This document shows positions 27,136 through 36,720 of a stretch of 64,000 bases of DNA, in pieces. The DNA comes from a bacterium (GTDB taxonomy: Bacteria > Patescibacteriota > Microgenomatia > Levybacterales > UBA12049). The position numbers and the translations under genes are program-made. The notes under the pieces were generated by a model. That model was given only the letters and a program-made list of their open reading frames with translations, ran no database searches and had not been told where the DNA came from. Position 1 is the stretch's first letter; every line of letters starts with the position of its first letter. Location of the stretch: assembly GCA_021813145.1 (NCBI GenBank), contig JAKALS010000001.1, forward strand, positions 67,515 to 131,514, read 5' to 3'.

Positions 27136-28302
27136 ATGAAAAGAGGAATAGCTACATTTACGCTCGATTACGGTAAAGCTCCTCCATGGCTTTTTGAAAG
27201 AATGGTAAAACTTTCAAGGGAAATGATAAGGGTTCTCGTTTTTGAATACGGGTCCGACGAATTTGTAAAAAGAATAGCCGATCCCGTATGGTTTCAGTCT
27301 TTAGGTACGGTTTTGGCATTCGACTGGAATGCGTCAGGTCTTACAACGGTTCTTACGGGAGCCTTAAAAGAAGCGATTAAAGGAGAAGAAAATGATTTGG
27401 GGGTTTTTATCTGCGGAGGAAAAGGAAAAGCTTCGAGAAAAACCCCTTCACAGATAGAAGGATGGGCCGGGGTAATAAATCTTTCAAAAAACATGACTGA
27501 CACTCTTATTAAAAATTCAAAGATGTCGGCAAAAGTAGATAGCGCACTAGTTCAGGACGGGTATTCGCTTTATCACCATGCTTTCTTTTTCTCCAAACCT
27601 TCAAAAAATTCTAAGGGCGCCTGGGCTGTCGTTCAGCAGGGAATGAATACAGGCAATAAGACGGCCAGAAGGTACCATTGGTACGATACTTTTTCCTCAA
27701 AACATGATTTCGTAAATGAACCCCACAAAGGAATTGCGTCGCAAAGATTTGAAAGGAATGTGCTAAATCTTGTTGCAGAGAAAAGTTCAAAGAATAGGGA
27801 AGTGAGCATGGGACTTATCGGTGAGGGTTATCAAAGCATGAAAAACGATATTGAGCTTTTGAGAAAATATGAAAATTCTCTTACTAAAATGCTTTCTCTA
27901 GGTTTTAAAGGGGACGAGTATACAGCAATAAATCTTAGAAGGGAAGATTTTAAGCATCATGAGGTGGAGTTTGAAAATTTTATAACAAACGGATATCTGG
28001 ATAAAATATTAAGGAAAATATCCGATGAAAACCCAAAAAGCTATGAACAGCTTGTAGCAACCGAAGGAGTGGGGGCAAGAACAATTAGGGCCATATCCCT
28101 TGTTTCCGAAGTTATTTACGGAGCAAAACCGTCCTACGAAGATCCCGCCCGCTACAGTTTTGCACACGGTGGAAAAGATGCGATTCCTTATGCCGTAGAA
28201 AAAGAAGTATATGATAAAACCATAGAAACAATAAGAAATGCGGTTAAAAAGACAAAACTTTCGCCTTTAGATAAAGACAAGATGCTAAGGAGAATTTCTT
28301 AA
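27136..28302 (+). CDS. DUF763 family protein
   Basis: N-terminal LDYGKAPPWLFERM and overall length of about 390 aa match my recollection of DUF763. Confidence 0.5.
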   Translation: MKRGIATFTLDYGKAPPWLFERMVKLSREMIRVLVFEYGSDEFVKRIADPVWFQSLGTVLAFDWNASGLTTVLTGALKEAIKGEENDLGVFICGGKGKASRKTPSQIEGWAGVINLSKNMTDTLIKNSKMSAKVDSALVQDGYSLYHHAFFFSKPSKNSKGAWAVVQQGMNTGNKTARRYHWYDTFSSKHDFVNEPHKGIASQRFERNVLNLVAEKSSKNREVSMGLIGEGYQSMKNDIELLRKYENSLTKMLSLGFKGDEYTAINLRREDFKHHEVEFENFITNGYLDKILRKISDENPKSYEQLVATEGVGARTIRAISLVSEVIYGAKPSYEDPARYSFAHGGKDAIPYAVEKEVYDKTIETIRNAVKKTKLSPLDKDKMLRRIS

Positions 28303-29324
28303 CTCGCAATTTCTTCGAGTTCCTGATTTTGGCTACTCTTTGTTTTTTTCCTGATTTTAATCGGTTCTTTAGGAGCCTCGCGATAAGTTCTTACTATTTC
28401 GGAGGGAGCAATATTTCTTTCAAGTACCTCAATGAGTTCTGAAACTGAATAAAAGGAATAAAGATCCTGGTTTCCTGCCCAACTTAAAAATCTTTGTGCT
28501 AGTTTACTTTCGGGCTCATCAAGATTATCTTCGCTTTTCTGGTATTTCCTTAACTCCTCCATCAAAGACCTCAAAGTTTCCCGCATCTGCAGGATTATTT
28601 TTCCCCGGTTTTTCCCGTAGCTTCTTGTATTTTTAAAAGTTTCATCGGAAGCTTTTTCAATTGTCGGATAAAGATAATTTTCGAGATCCGGAGAAATTAG
28701 CATCATCGAATATATCGTTCTTTCGGTGTTTCCCAAAACCTTTGCTTCTATTGATGGAAGAGGAAGGACATCTTCCGCTTTTATGCTTTCTTTAGTTTGA
28801 ACACAGAAAATCTCTACCGGCCGTCTTATTATCTGTCTTCCTTTTCCCATAATTACGGATGTCATGTACGGATCATAATAATCTTTATCCTGGGGTTTCG
28901 GGACATAATCCGTTTGGGGTTCATCTTCCCTAAGTACAGAAAGCAATTCCTCCGGTGTCATGTTTTCATTCCCCGGCTGCTGTCTTATTTCACCCAGAAG
29001 CTGGCTGATTTCTATATGAGGAATTCCTTCCTCCATTTCTTTAAGCCTTCTGACAACTCCGTCTACGGCTTTTACCGCAAGACGTTCGTATCTTCTTTTC
29101 AGCTTCTCTAAATCGGTATTCCCAGGATTGGATAATTGTGTATTGTAAACAGAATCCAACAGTGAAGGATCATGTCTTCCGCTGTATCTATATGTCCCGT
29201 CAGGATTTTTTTCGGTAATTCCAAGTATTAGTTTTCTTTGGGAGAAACCGACAGTGTAGTCTTTATGTATAAATCTTTCCCCGGCCACGAAGGTTTTTAT
29301 ACATTTTTTATATTCAAATGTCAA
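28299..29324 (-). CDS. Hypothetical protein
   Basis: 341-aa ORF. Convergent 4-nt overlap with the DUF763 gene. Confidence 0.4.
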   Translation of the reverse strand: MTFEYKKCIKTFVAGERFIHKDYTVGFSQRKLILGITEKNPDGTYRYSGRHDPSLLDSVYNTQLSNPGNTDLEKLKRRYERLAVKAVDGVVRRLKEMEEGIPHIEISQLLGEIRQQPGNENMTPEELLSVLREDEPQTDYVPKPQDKDYYDPYMTSVIMGKGRQIIRRPVEIFCVQTKESIKAEDVLPLPSIEAKVLGNTERTIYSMMLISPDLENYLYPTIEKASDETFKNTRSYGKNRGKIILQMRETLRSLMEELRKYQKSEDNLDEPESKLAQRFLSWAGNQDLYSFYSVSELIEVLERNIAPSEIVRTYREAPKEPIKIRKKTKSSQNQELEEIAS

Positions 29325-29365
29325 TCGGGTTTCTTAACAAATTCTTACAAGCCTTTTAGTAAGTC

Positions 29366-29815
29366 TTGAAATTTTTAACACATAATCCTTTTATGCAAGA
29401 TATTAATGACAAGAGAATTCTTGTAATTGCCGCAGACAGGAAAAATGGAAGAATATTCACCATTTTTTTGGGGAACTTTGAAGACGAAGGTAGAGTAATC
29501 AAAGACAGCGTTGTCCCGCAAAAAATTAAGGACGATAATGCAAGACAGGGAAAAGTAGACAGACATGTAAGAAATCACCTTCATAAGCATTTAAGACTCG
29601 TAATAGACGAAGCAGAAAAGTACGTAAGCAAAAATAAGCTTTTGATAAACGCGGTCGTGATAGGCGGGCATAAGGAACTTCTTTCCGAAATAAGAAGTTG
29701 TCTTCCCCCGCACTTAAAAAGGATCGTTGCCGGGGAGCTTGTGTGCGAGCCCGATGCACCGCTTGGGGAAATCACCGAAAAGGTTAAACAGAATTTTCAG
29801 CTATTTTTAAGGTAA
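29366..29815 (+). CDS. Hypothetical protein, possibly host-attachment / baeRF (eRF1-fold) family
   Basis: KRILVIAADRKNGRIFTI resembles the (V)LVADGxxARIF start of host-attachment-like proteins. Low confidence. Confidence 0.3.
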   Translation: MKFLTHNPFMQDINDKRILVIAADRKNGRIFTIFLGNFEDEGRVIKDSVVPQKIKDDNARQGKVDRHVRNHLHKHLRLVIDEAEKYVSKNKLLINAVVIGGHKELLSEIRSCLPPHLKRIVAGELVCEPDAPLGEITEKVKQNFQLFLR

Positions 29816-29833
29816 TGGGATATAATTGTATAT

Positions 29834-30505
29834 GTGAAGATACTCGTAATAGAAGACGAACACAAAATAGCAAACCTTTTAAAACAGGGTCTTGAGCAGG
29901 AGAGATATGTCATCGATGTTGCTTATGACGGAACATCGGGATTTGATTTCGCAACTGCCGAGGAATATGACCTTATAATCCTAGACAGGATGCTTCCGGG
30001 GCTCGATGGGATGGATATTTGTAAAAACCTCAGAGAAAAGGGGAATAACACTCCCATTTTGATGTTGACCGCAAAAGTACAGATACAGGATAGGGTGGAG
30101 GGCCTAAATTGCGGGGCAGATGATTATCTTACAAAACCCTTTGCTTTTGAAGAGCTTTTGGCAAGGGTAAAAGCTTTGGGCAGAAGACCAAAAGGAGCAG
30201 TTGGAAACATTTTTAAGGTCGAAGATTTGACTTTAGATGTTTCGGGATTTGAAGTTAAAAGAGGAAAAAGGATTATTCCTCTTTCTTCAAAAGAATTTGC
30301 TCTTTTGGAATATCTTGTAAGAAATAAAAATAAAACTCTCACGAAAGAGCAGATAATAAGCCATGTTTGGAGTTACGATTCCGATATTCTGCCGAATACC
30401 GTAGAAGTTTTTATAGGGTATCTAAGAAATAAGATAGATAAGCCTTTTAAAGGCAAAAAGCCGTTGATCAATACGATAAGAGGATTCGGATATAAAATAG
30501 GATAA
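29834..30505 (+). CDS. OmpR-family two-component response regulator
   Basis: Receiver domain with phospho-acceptor Asp (LIILDRMLPGLDG) and winged-helix C-domain. Confidence 0.9.
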   Translation: MKILVIEDEHKIANLLKQGLEQERYVIDVAYDGTSGFDFATAEEYDLIILDRMLPGLDGMDICKNLREKGNNTPILMLTAKVQIQDRVEGLNCGADDYLTKPFAFEELLARVKALGRRPKGAVGNIFKVEDLTLDVSGFEVKRGKRIIPLSSKEFALLEYLVRNKNKTLTKEQIISHVWSYDSDILPNTVEVFIGYLRNKIDKPFKGKKPLINTIRGFGYKIG

Positions 30506-30507
30506 AT

Positions 30508-31548
30508 ATGCATGTTTTTAATTCTGCAAGAATAAAGTTATCCCTCTGGTATCTTCTGATAATAATGATAATCAGCATTTCTTTCAGCGCCTTTATCTAC
30601 TATGGCGGGACACGGGAATTAAACAGGATAGTAAGAGTAGAGCAATATCATGACCAGCATCCCCAGCTCAGGGCTCTTCCTTCGGCTTTGCCGGATTCCG
30701 ACAGGATTTTAATTATTACGAATCCCAACCAGCAGATAATCGAGCAGGAAAAACTCAGGATCTTTGAAAGTCTTCTGGTCGTAAACATTTTTATACTTTT
30801 AGCTTCTTCTCTTGCAGGATATTTTCTTGCCGGAAGAACTCTCGGGCCAATAAAAAATATGGTAGATGAGCAAAACCGTTTTATAACAGATGCTTCGCAC
30901 GAATTGAATACTCCGCTTACTTCTTTAAAAACCTCTATTGAGGTAAACTTGCGGGATAAAAATTTGAATCTTGAAAAATCAAAAGGTGTGCTTTTGAGTA
31001 ATCTTGAAGAAGTAAATAATCTTCAGGCTCTTTCCGCCGAGCTTATAAAGATAACTCAATACCAAAAGGTAAACGGAAACCTAAATTTTGAAAAAATCGA
31101 TATAAGAAAGCCTATAGCTACAGCGGTATCCAAGGTTAACACTTTGGCGGCCAAGAAAAAAATAAAGATCAACGTAAAAGCAGCAAGACAATTCGTAGAC
31201 GGTGACGCAAGAAGTCTTACCGAACTTTTTACGGTACTTTTGGATAATGCCGTAAAATATAGTCCTAATAAGAAAGACATTTTTGTAACCGCGGATTCTT
31301 TCGATTCAAAAGTTAGAGTAAGCGTAAAAGACAGAGGAATGGGAATAGACAAGGAAGATTTGCCCCTTATATTCGACAGATTCTATAGAGCCGATAAGTC
31401 GAGGACAAAGCAGGAGGTTTCAGGATACGGGTTGGGATTGTCTATTGCAAAAAGGATAGTAGACCTTCACAATGGAACAATAAACGCCGAAAGCGAAAAA
31501 GGAACGGGAACAACTTTTACGGTTGTTTTTCCAAGGTCCAGAGTTTAA
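30508..31548 (+). CDS. Sensor histidine kinase
   Basis: Two N-terminal TMs, H-box HELNTPLTSLK, and HATPase N and G boxes. Confidence 0.85.
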   Translation: MHVFNSARIKLSLWYLLIIMIISISFSAFIYYGGTRELNRIVRVEQYHDQHPQLRALPSALPDSDRILIITNPNQQIIEQEKLRIFESLLVVNIFILLASSLAGYFLAGRTLGPIKNMVDEQNRFITDASHELNTPLTSLKTSIEVNLRDKNLNLEKSKGVLLSNLEEVNNLQALSAELIKITQYQKVNGNLNFEKIDIRKPIATAVSKVNTLAAKKKIKINVKAARQFVDGDARSLTELFTVLLDNAVKYSPNKKDIFVTADSFDSKVRVSVKDRGMGIDKEDLPLIFDRFYRADKSRTKQEVSGYGLGLSIAKRIVDLHNGTINAESEKGTGTTFTVVFPRSRV

Positions 31549-31584
31549 GCAGTTTCTCAGCTTTTAGAGAATATAATTATTTAA

Positions 31585-32856
31585 ATGACTAACTTTATTT
31601 CAGGTATTAATAAGTTTGTAGGACGGCATAAAAAAATTACGGGGTTAATCATAATAATTGCACTGGTGGGTGTATTTTTATACACCAGAGTTTCTTCTTC
31701 GTCTAATAAACCTCAATATCAAACGGCACAGGTAACAAAAGGGACACTTGTTGTGAGCGTGACAGAATCTGGACAGGTTTCTGTTTCCAATAAGGCAAGT
31801 GTTGTTACGCAGGCAAGTGGTATCGTTAATAATGTATATGTTAAAACGGGAGATTATGTAAGTGCGGGGGCGAAAATAGCGGATGTTACGCTTGATACCG
31901 CGGGTCAGCAAAGACAGGCCCAGGCATGGTCTTCGTATCTTAACGCCCAGAATTCTCTGGCAAGTGCGCAGGCAAATCTTTACACCCTGCAAAATCAGGA
32001 ATTTGTCGCAAACCAGAAATTCATGAACGATGCCGTCGCAAATAATATGCCGACCAATGACCCCATTTATATAGAAGAACAGGCAACATGGCTGGCGGCA
32101 GAGGCTGCTTATAAAAATCAGACGGGAGTAATAAACCAGGCTCAGTCTGCATTAAACAACGCAAGTTTGGCATATCAGCTTACTTCGGGAACTATTACGG
32201 CGCCCACTTCCGGAACGGTAGGCGATTTGACTATCACCAAGGGGATGCAGATAGGCTCAAGCAATACTACAGCTGGTTCTTCCACGAATGTCTCAAACCA
32301 GCAAATAGCGTCTATAAGTACGGGAAACCCGAACACGGTTTCTATAAACATAGCCGAAGTGGACGCGCCTCAGGTTAAAGTTGGGCAGGATACAACGGTA
32401 ACATTTGATGCTTTGCCGAATAAAACATTCACGGGAAAAGTTATAGGCATAAATACAACGGGAACCGTAACCTCGGGAGTAACGACTTACCCGGCGGTAA
32501 TAGAACTGGACAGCTCGGGAGGAGATATTTATCCTAATATGAGCGCAACCGCAAATATTATTACAAAGATAGACAATAATGTCTTGCTTATTCCGACAAG
32601 TGCAGTTCAGACAGTAGGTACCCAGTCGACAGTAAGGGTGATTAATAACGGACAGGTAACGACTGTTCCCGTAACAACTGGAGACAGTTCAAGTACCCAG
32701 ACGGTTATTACTTCCGGTCTTACAGATGGAGAAACTGTTGTTACGGGAGTAATCTCCGGAGGAAGTTCTTCTTCAAGCTCGCCGTTTGGAGGGGGATTAA
32801 GAGTAGGGGGCGGAGGCGGCGCTGTCTTTAGAGGAGCAGGAGGAAGAGGTGGCTAA
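31585..32856 (+). CDS. Efflux transporter periplasmic adaptor subunit (HlyD/MacA-like) with Gly-rich C-terminal tail
   Basis: N-terminal TM, then coiled-coil and beta-barrel adaptor architecture. Precedes MacB-like ABC genes. Confidence 0.7.
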   Translation: MTNFISGINKFVGRHKKITGLIIIIALVGVFLYTRVSSSSNKPQYQTAQVTKGTLVVSVTESGQVSVSNKASVVTQASGIVNNVYVKTGDYVSAGAKIADVTLDTAGQQRQAQAWSSYLNAQNSLASAQANLYTLQNQEFVANQKFMNDAVANNMPTNDPIYIEEQATWLAAEAAYKNQTGVINQAQSALNNASLAYQLTSGTITAPTSGTVGDLTITKGMQIGSSNTTAGSSTNVSNQQIASISTGNPNTVSINIAEVDAPQVKVGQDTTVTFDALPNKTFTGKVIGINTTGTVTSGVTTYPAVIELDSSGGDIYPNMSATANIITKIDNNVLLIPTSAVQTVGTQSTVRVINNGQVTTVPVTTGDSSSTQTVITSGLTDGETVVTGVISGGSSSSSSPFGGGLRVGGGGGAVFRGAGGRGG

Positions 32857-32861
32857 TAATT

Positions 32862-33560
32862 ATGGATCAGATTTCGGTTTCGAACGTAAGCAAAATCTAC
32901 AAAACGGGTGATGTGGATACAACCGCCCTGGATAATGTTTCATTTTCCGTAAAAAAAGGTGAATTTGTTGCCATAATGGGCCCTTCGGGAAGCGGAAAAT
33001 CTACTTTAATGCATATTTTGGGGGCTTTGGATACTCCTACTTCGGGCACTTATATTCTTGACGGTGAGCAGGTAGGAAAACTTTCAAAAGATAAACTTGC
33101 AGAAATAAGGAATAGGAAAATCGGATTTGTTTTTCAGGCATTTAATCTTTTACCAAGGACAACCGCTCTAAAAAATGTTGAATTGCCGATGACTTATGCA
33201 GGGGTAGATAAAGATGAAAGAATAAAAAGAGCAGAAGAGCTCCTAAAAGAGGTAGGGCTTGGTGACAGAATGGACCATACCAGCAATCAGCTGTCGGGAG
33301 GACAGATGCAGAGGGTTGCTATAGCAAGAGCATTATCTATGAATCCCGCAATAATTTTAGCAGACGAACCGACCGGAAATATCTCTTCCGCTCAAAGCGA
33401 CGAAATAATGCATATTTTCCAGAACCTCCAAAAGCAGGGACACACAATAGTAATGATTACACACGAACCTTCGGTTGCCAGATGGGCAGAAAGGGTGATA
33501 CATATAAAAGACGGAAAAATAGAAAAAGAAGAAGGAAACGGAAAGGGGAGAAAGAAATAA
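32862..33560 (+). CDS. ABC transporter ATP-binding protein (MacB/LolD-type)
   Basis: Walker A GPSGSGKST, signature LSGGQMQRVAIARAL, Walker B ILADEPTGN. Confidence 0.9.
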   Translation: MDQISVSNVSKIYKTGDVDTTALDNVSFSVKKGEFVAIMGPSGSGKSTLMHILGALDTPTSGTYILDGEQVGKLSKDKLAEIRNRKIGFVFQAFNLLPRTTALKNVELPMTYAGVDKDERIKRAEELLKEVGLGDRMDHTSNQLSGGQMQRVAIARALSMNPAIILADEPTGNISSAQSDEIMHIFQNLQKQGHTIVMITHEPSVARWAERVIHIKDGKIEKEEGNGKGRKK

Positions 33561-34783
33561 TGAATTTTTCGGAACTAATTGCCTCCTCGTTTGAAGCTTT
33601 AAAACTAAATAAAGTAAGAACGGCTTTGGCGGGATTGGGAATAGTTATAGGTATAGGTGCGGTTATTGCTCTTGTTTCTTTGGGTCAGGCAACACAGCAG
33701 TCTGTACAAAACTCGATTGAAGGGTTGGGAGCAAATCTTATTACCATTATTCCGGGCTCCCAGGCAACTGCCGGTGGGGTTCAGGGAGGATTCGGCACGA
33801 GCGAGACGCTTACGCTCGATGACGCCAATGCAATAGCTTCGGCTAATTTTCCCTCCATAAGCCAAGTTTCACCCGAACTTTCAAGACGTGCCCAGGTAAC
33901 AGCAGGAAAAAATAACACAAATACTTCAATTATCGGAGTTACCCCAACTTATCCTGCGGTCCATAATGTAACGATGGATTCGGGAACATTTATAACCGCT
34001 TCGGATGTGGCTTCAAACAGGGAAGTTGCGGTTTTGGGTCCCACGGTGGTAAGCGATTTATTCGGGACGGGCGTTGATCCGACAGGGCAGTCTATAAGGA
34101 TAAACAAAATCCCGTTTACCGTAATCGGGGTAACGGTTTCCAAGGGTGGAACGGGATTCGGAAATCAGGATGACACCGTTTTTATTCCGATAACAACTGC
34201 CCAGAAGACAGTTTTTGGCGTAAATTATATATCAGATATTTCATTGTCTGCTTCAAGTTCCAACGATATGACACAGGCCGAAAACGATGCGGGTTATCTT
34301 TTATTAAGGCTTCATAAAATTTCCAATCCCCAAAGCGCGGATTTTAGTATGGTTTCCCAGTCGGATATCCTAAGTACCGCGTCGTCTGTGACCGGGACTT
34401 TCACTGCCCTTTTGGCAGGAATAGCCGCTATATCTCTTTTGGTAGGAGGAATAGGAATTATGAACATAATGCTTGTTACCGTAATAGAAAGAACAAGGGA
34501 AATCGGATTAAGGAAAGCTCTTGGCGCAAAGGATAACACGGTTATACAACAGTTTCTTATAGAATCCATAATACTTACAATCGGAGGGGGAGTAGTAGGT
34601 ATGATTCTTGGAATAATTCTTTCTTATATAATATCGACCGCGATAAGCCTTCCATTTACGATTTCCTTAACTTCAATCGCATTGGCGATCGGTGTTAGCG
34701 GCGGAATAGGAATTTTGTTTGGATGGTATCCTGCAAAAAAAGCAGCAGATCTTTCTCCAATTGAAGCATTGCGTTATGAATAA
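33560..34783 (+). CDS. ABC transporter permease (MacB/FtsX family)
   Basis: N-terminal TM, large periplasmic domain and C-terminal FtsX 3-TM bundle. ATG at 33560 overlaps the ATPase stop (ATAATG). Confidence 0.85.
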   Translation: MNFSELIASSFEALKLNKVRTALAGLGIVIGIGAVIALVSLGQATQQSVQNSIEGLGANLITIIPGSQATAGGVQGGFGTSETLTLDDANAIASANFPSISQVSPELSRRAQVTAGKNNTNTSIIGVTPTYPAVHNVTMDSGTFITASDVASNREVAVLGPTVVSDLFGTGVDPTGQSIRINKIPFTVIGVTVSKGGTGFGNQDDTVFIPITTAQKTVFGVNYISDISLSASSSNDMTQAENDAGYLLLRLHKISNPQSADFSMVSQSDILSTASSVTGTFTALLAGIAAISLLVGGIGIMNIMLVTVIERTREIGLRKALGAKDNTVIQQFLIESIILTIGGGVVGMILGIILSYIISTAISLPFTISLTSIALAIGVSGGIGILFGWYPAKKAADLSPIEALRYE

Positions 34784-34830
34784 CGTAAATGATTAAAGAG
34801 TAGGTTCTAGGTTTTAAATTTTAAAAGGGG

Positions 34831-35307
34831 GTGATAAAAATGAACAAAAATACGGGAATTATAATTGCGGTAGTCTTAATAATTGTGGCCGGAATCGGCG
34901 GATTTTTGGGAGGAATGCAATATCAAAAAACCCGGGCCGGAGTCACAGCGCTAGGTGGAGCAAACGGGACATTCAGAAGGTTTAACGGTGCAGGTGGAGT
35001 CCAAAATGGACAGAATCTTGCCCCTGTAAGAGGAGAGGTACTGTCCGTCAGTAACGGGACGATGACCGTAAAATTGGCAAACGGAGGGACAACAATAATC
35101 GTTCTTCCTTCCAGTGCAAATTACATGCAAACGACCAAGGCCTCTCAAAGCGACATTAAAACAGGGGACACAGTAACAGTAATAGGAACAAAAAATTCCG
35201 ACGGTTCGGTAACTGCGCAAGATGTACAGCTTGGGAATGGAGCTTTTCAAAGACCATTAAGGTCACCTTCGGGTTCACAGCCTTCTGCATCGGGGACAGG
35301 ATACTAA
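34831..35307 (+). CDS. Membrane-anchored hypothetical protein (beta-rich extracytoplasmic domain)
   Basis: N-terminal TM. Strong SD AAGGGGGTGA. Confidence 0.45.
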   Translation: MIKMNKNTGIIIAVVLIIVAGIGGFLGGMQYQKTRAGVTALGGANGTFRRFNGAGGVQNGQNLAPVRGEVLSVSNGTMTVKLANGGTTIIVLPSSANYMQTTKASQSDIKTGDTVTVIGTKNSDGSVTAQDVQLGNGAFQRPLRSPSGSQPSASGTGY

Positions 35308-35334
35308 AGTTTATTTACTTGTTATAATAGGTAA

Positions 35335-36252
35335 ATGGAACAGAAAGTATCTACAAGAAGAGTTTTGTTTACGTCGTTTGCGGTAGATATATTGGACGTA
35401 TTATTAAATCTTGTAGTCGCGGTTTTGTCGGGAAGCGTTGTTATGCTGACGCAGGTACTGGAAGGGGCAGCGGATCTTGCCTCTTCCGGTTTTGTTTTAT
35501 TCGGTTTTGAGAGGGCCCAGCAAAAAGCAGATGAACTTCATCCTTTCGGTTACGGAACCGAAATATATTTTTGGAGTTTTCTTTCAGCCATTATAATGTT
35601 CGGCCTCACCTCGACTCTTTCTTTTTACTTCGGGTATGAAAGATTTATAAATCCCAAACCGATAAAAGATATAAACTTTGCCTTTATAATTCTCCTTCTT
35701 ACGCTATTTACCAACAGTTATGCTTTTTTTCTCAGTTTTTTCCGGCTTTTAAGAAAAAGACCCCCAAAGCATATAGTAAGAATTTTTTACAGGTCGTCTT
35801 TGGTGGAGACAAAAACAACTTTTATTCTTGACCTTATGGGTACATTAGCGTCTTTTTTGGGGATACTTGCTTTGGGAATTTATGCCTGGACGGGTGATTT
35901 GAGATTCGACGGATTGGGGGCAATGGTTATAGGGGTTATCCTTGCAATATTTTCTCTGTTTTTGGTTTTGGGAATAAGGGAGCTTCTGATAGGAAAAAGG
36001 GCATCTCCCGAGACCGAAGAAAAAATTAAGTTGGCTGCTTTGGAAGTTGAAGGGGTAAGGACGGTGTTGGGGATTAAAACTTTACACCTGGGCTCTGAAA
36101 AATTATTGGTCGATTTGGACGTGCATATGTCTTCTCACCTAGGTACCAGAGAGCTTGAAGTGATGATGGATAAAATAAAAGACAGAATAAGAGAAAAGGT
36201 TCCTTCGGCAAGATATATACAGGTAGAACTGGAAACTCCGCGGAAAGAATAA
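35335..36252 (+). CDS. Cation diffusion facilitator family transporter
   Basis: Six TMs plus a C-terminal cytoplasmic domain. The VAVLSGS...HPFGYGTEIYF pattern is typical of CDF/CzcD. Confidence 0.85.
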   Translation: MEQKVSTRRVLFTSFAVDILDVLLNLVVAVLSGSVVMLTQVLEGAADLASSGFVLFGFERAQQKADELHPFGYGTEIYFWSFLSAIIMFGLTSTLSFYFGYERFINPKPIKDINFAFIILLLTLFTNSYAFFLSFFRLLRKRPPKHIVRIFYRSSLVETKTTFILDLMGTLASFLGILALGIYAWTGDLRFDGLGAMVIGVILAIFSLFLVLGIRELLIGKRASPETEEKIKLAALEVEGVRTVLGIKTLHLGSEKLLVDLDVHMSSHLGTRELEVMMDKIKDRIREKVPSARYIQVELETPRKE

Positions 36253-36260
36253 CAATATAT

Positions 36261-36701
36261 TTATTTTTGATAAAGGTAAATATTATCTTTAATTGTTTTT
36301 TCTTTCCAATGGAGAAAAGGGAAGTAATTTAAAAGAACTCTTGCATCAGGTTTTAGCTCTTCTTTTAATTTTTTTTCGAGCCTTCCCATAATAGCCGGCA
36401 TTGGATAACAGCATATAATAGAATATTTGGAAAGGTCCTCCCTCCAAAAGTCTTTATTAATTATTTCCACATTAGTTAACCCCTCGTTTTTTATTAGCTT
36501 TTCCGATTTAGCTCTTAGTTCTTGGTCAATTTCAAAACCATTCATTTTTACTCCCGCTTTTGCAAAGGCTATGGAAATTCTTCCGTCTCCACTTCCCAAA
36601 TCCGCCCCAAAGTCGCCGGGTTTTATATTTGCCAGTTCAACCATTGTTGCAACCCTGTATCTTGAGGTTTGAAAATATGGAATTATAGGAACATTTTTCA
36701 T
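36261..36701 (-). CDS. Class I SAM-dependent methyltransferase
   Basis: Motif I DLGSGDGRI. Confidence 0.65.
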   Translation of the reverse strand: MKNVPIIPYFQTSRYRVATMVELANIKPGDFGADLGSGDGRISIAFAKAGVKMNGFEIDQELRAKSEKLIKNEGLTNVEIINKDFWREDLSKYSIICCYPMPAIMGRLEKKLKEELKPDARVLLNYFPFLHWKEKTIKDNIYLYQK

Positions 36702-36720
36702 TAAAAAATTCTATCACAAT

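Noticed and set aside
33482-33559. Upstream extension of the ABC permease ORF (MGRKGDTYKRRKNRK...)
   Set aside because: The extension is a frame-shifted read-through of the ATPase gene's 3' end. The ATG at 33560 follows the ATPase stop and starts the conserved MacB N-terminus.
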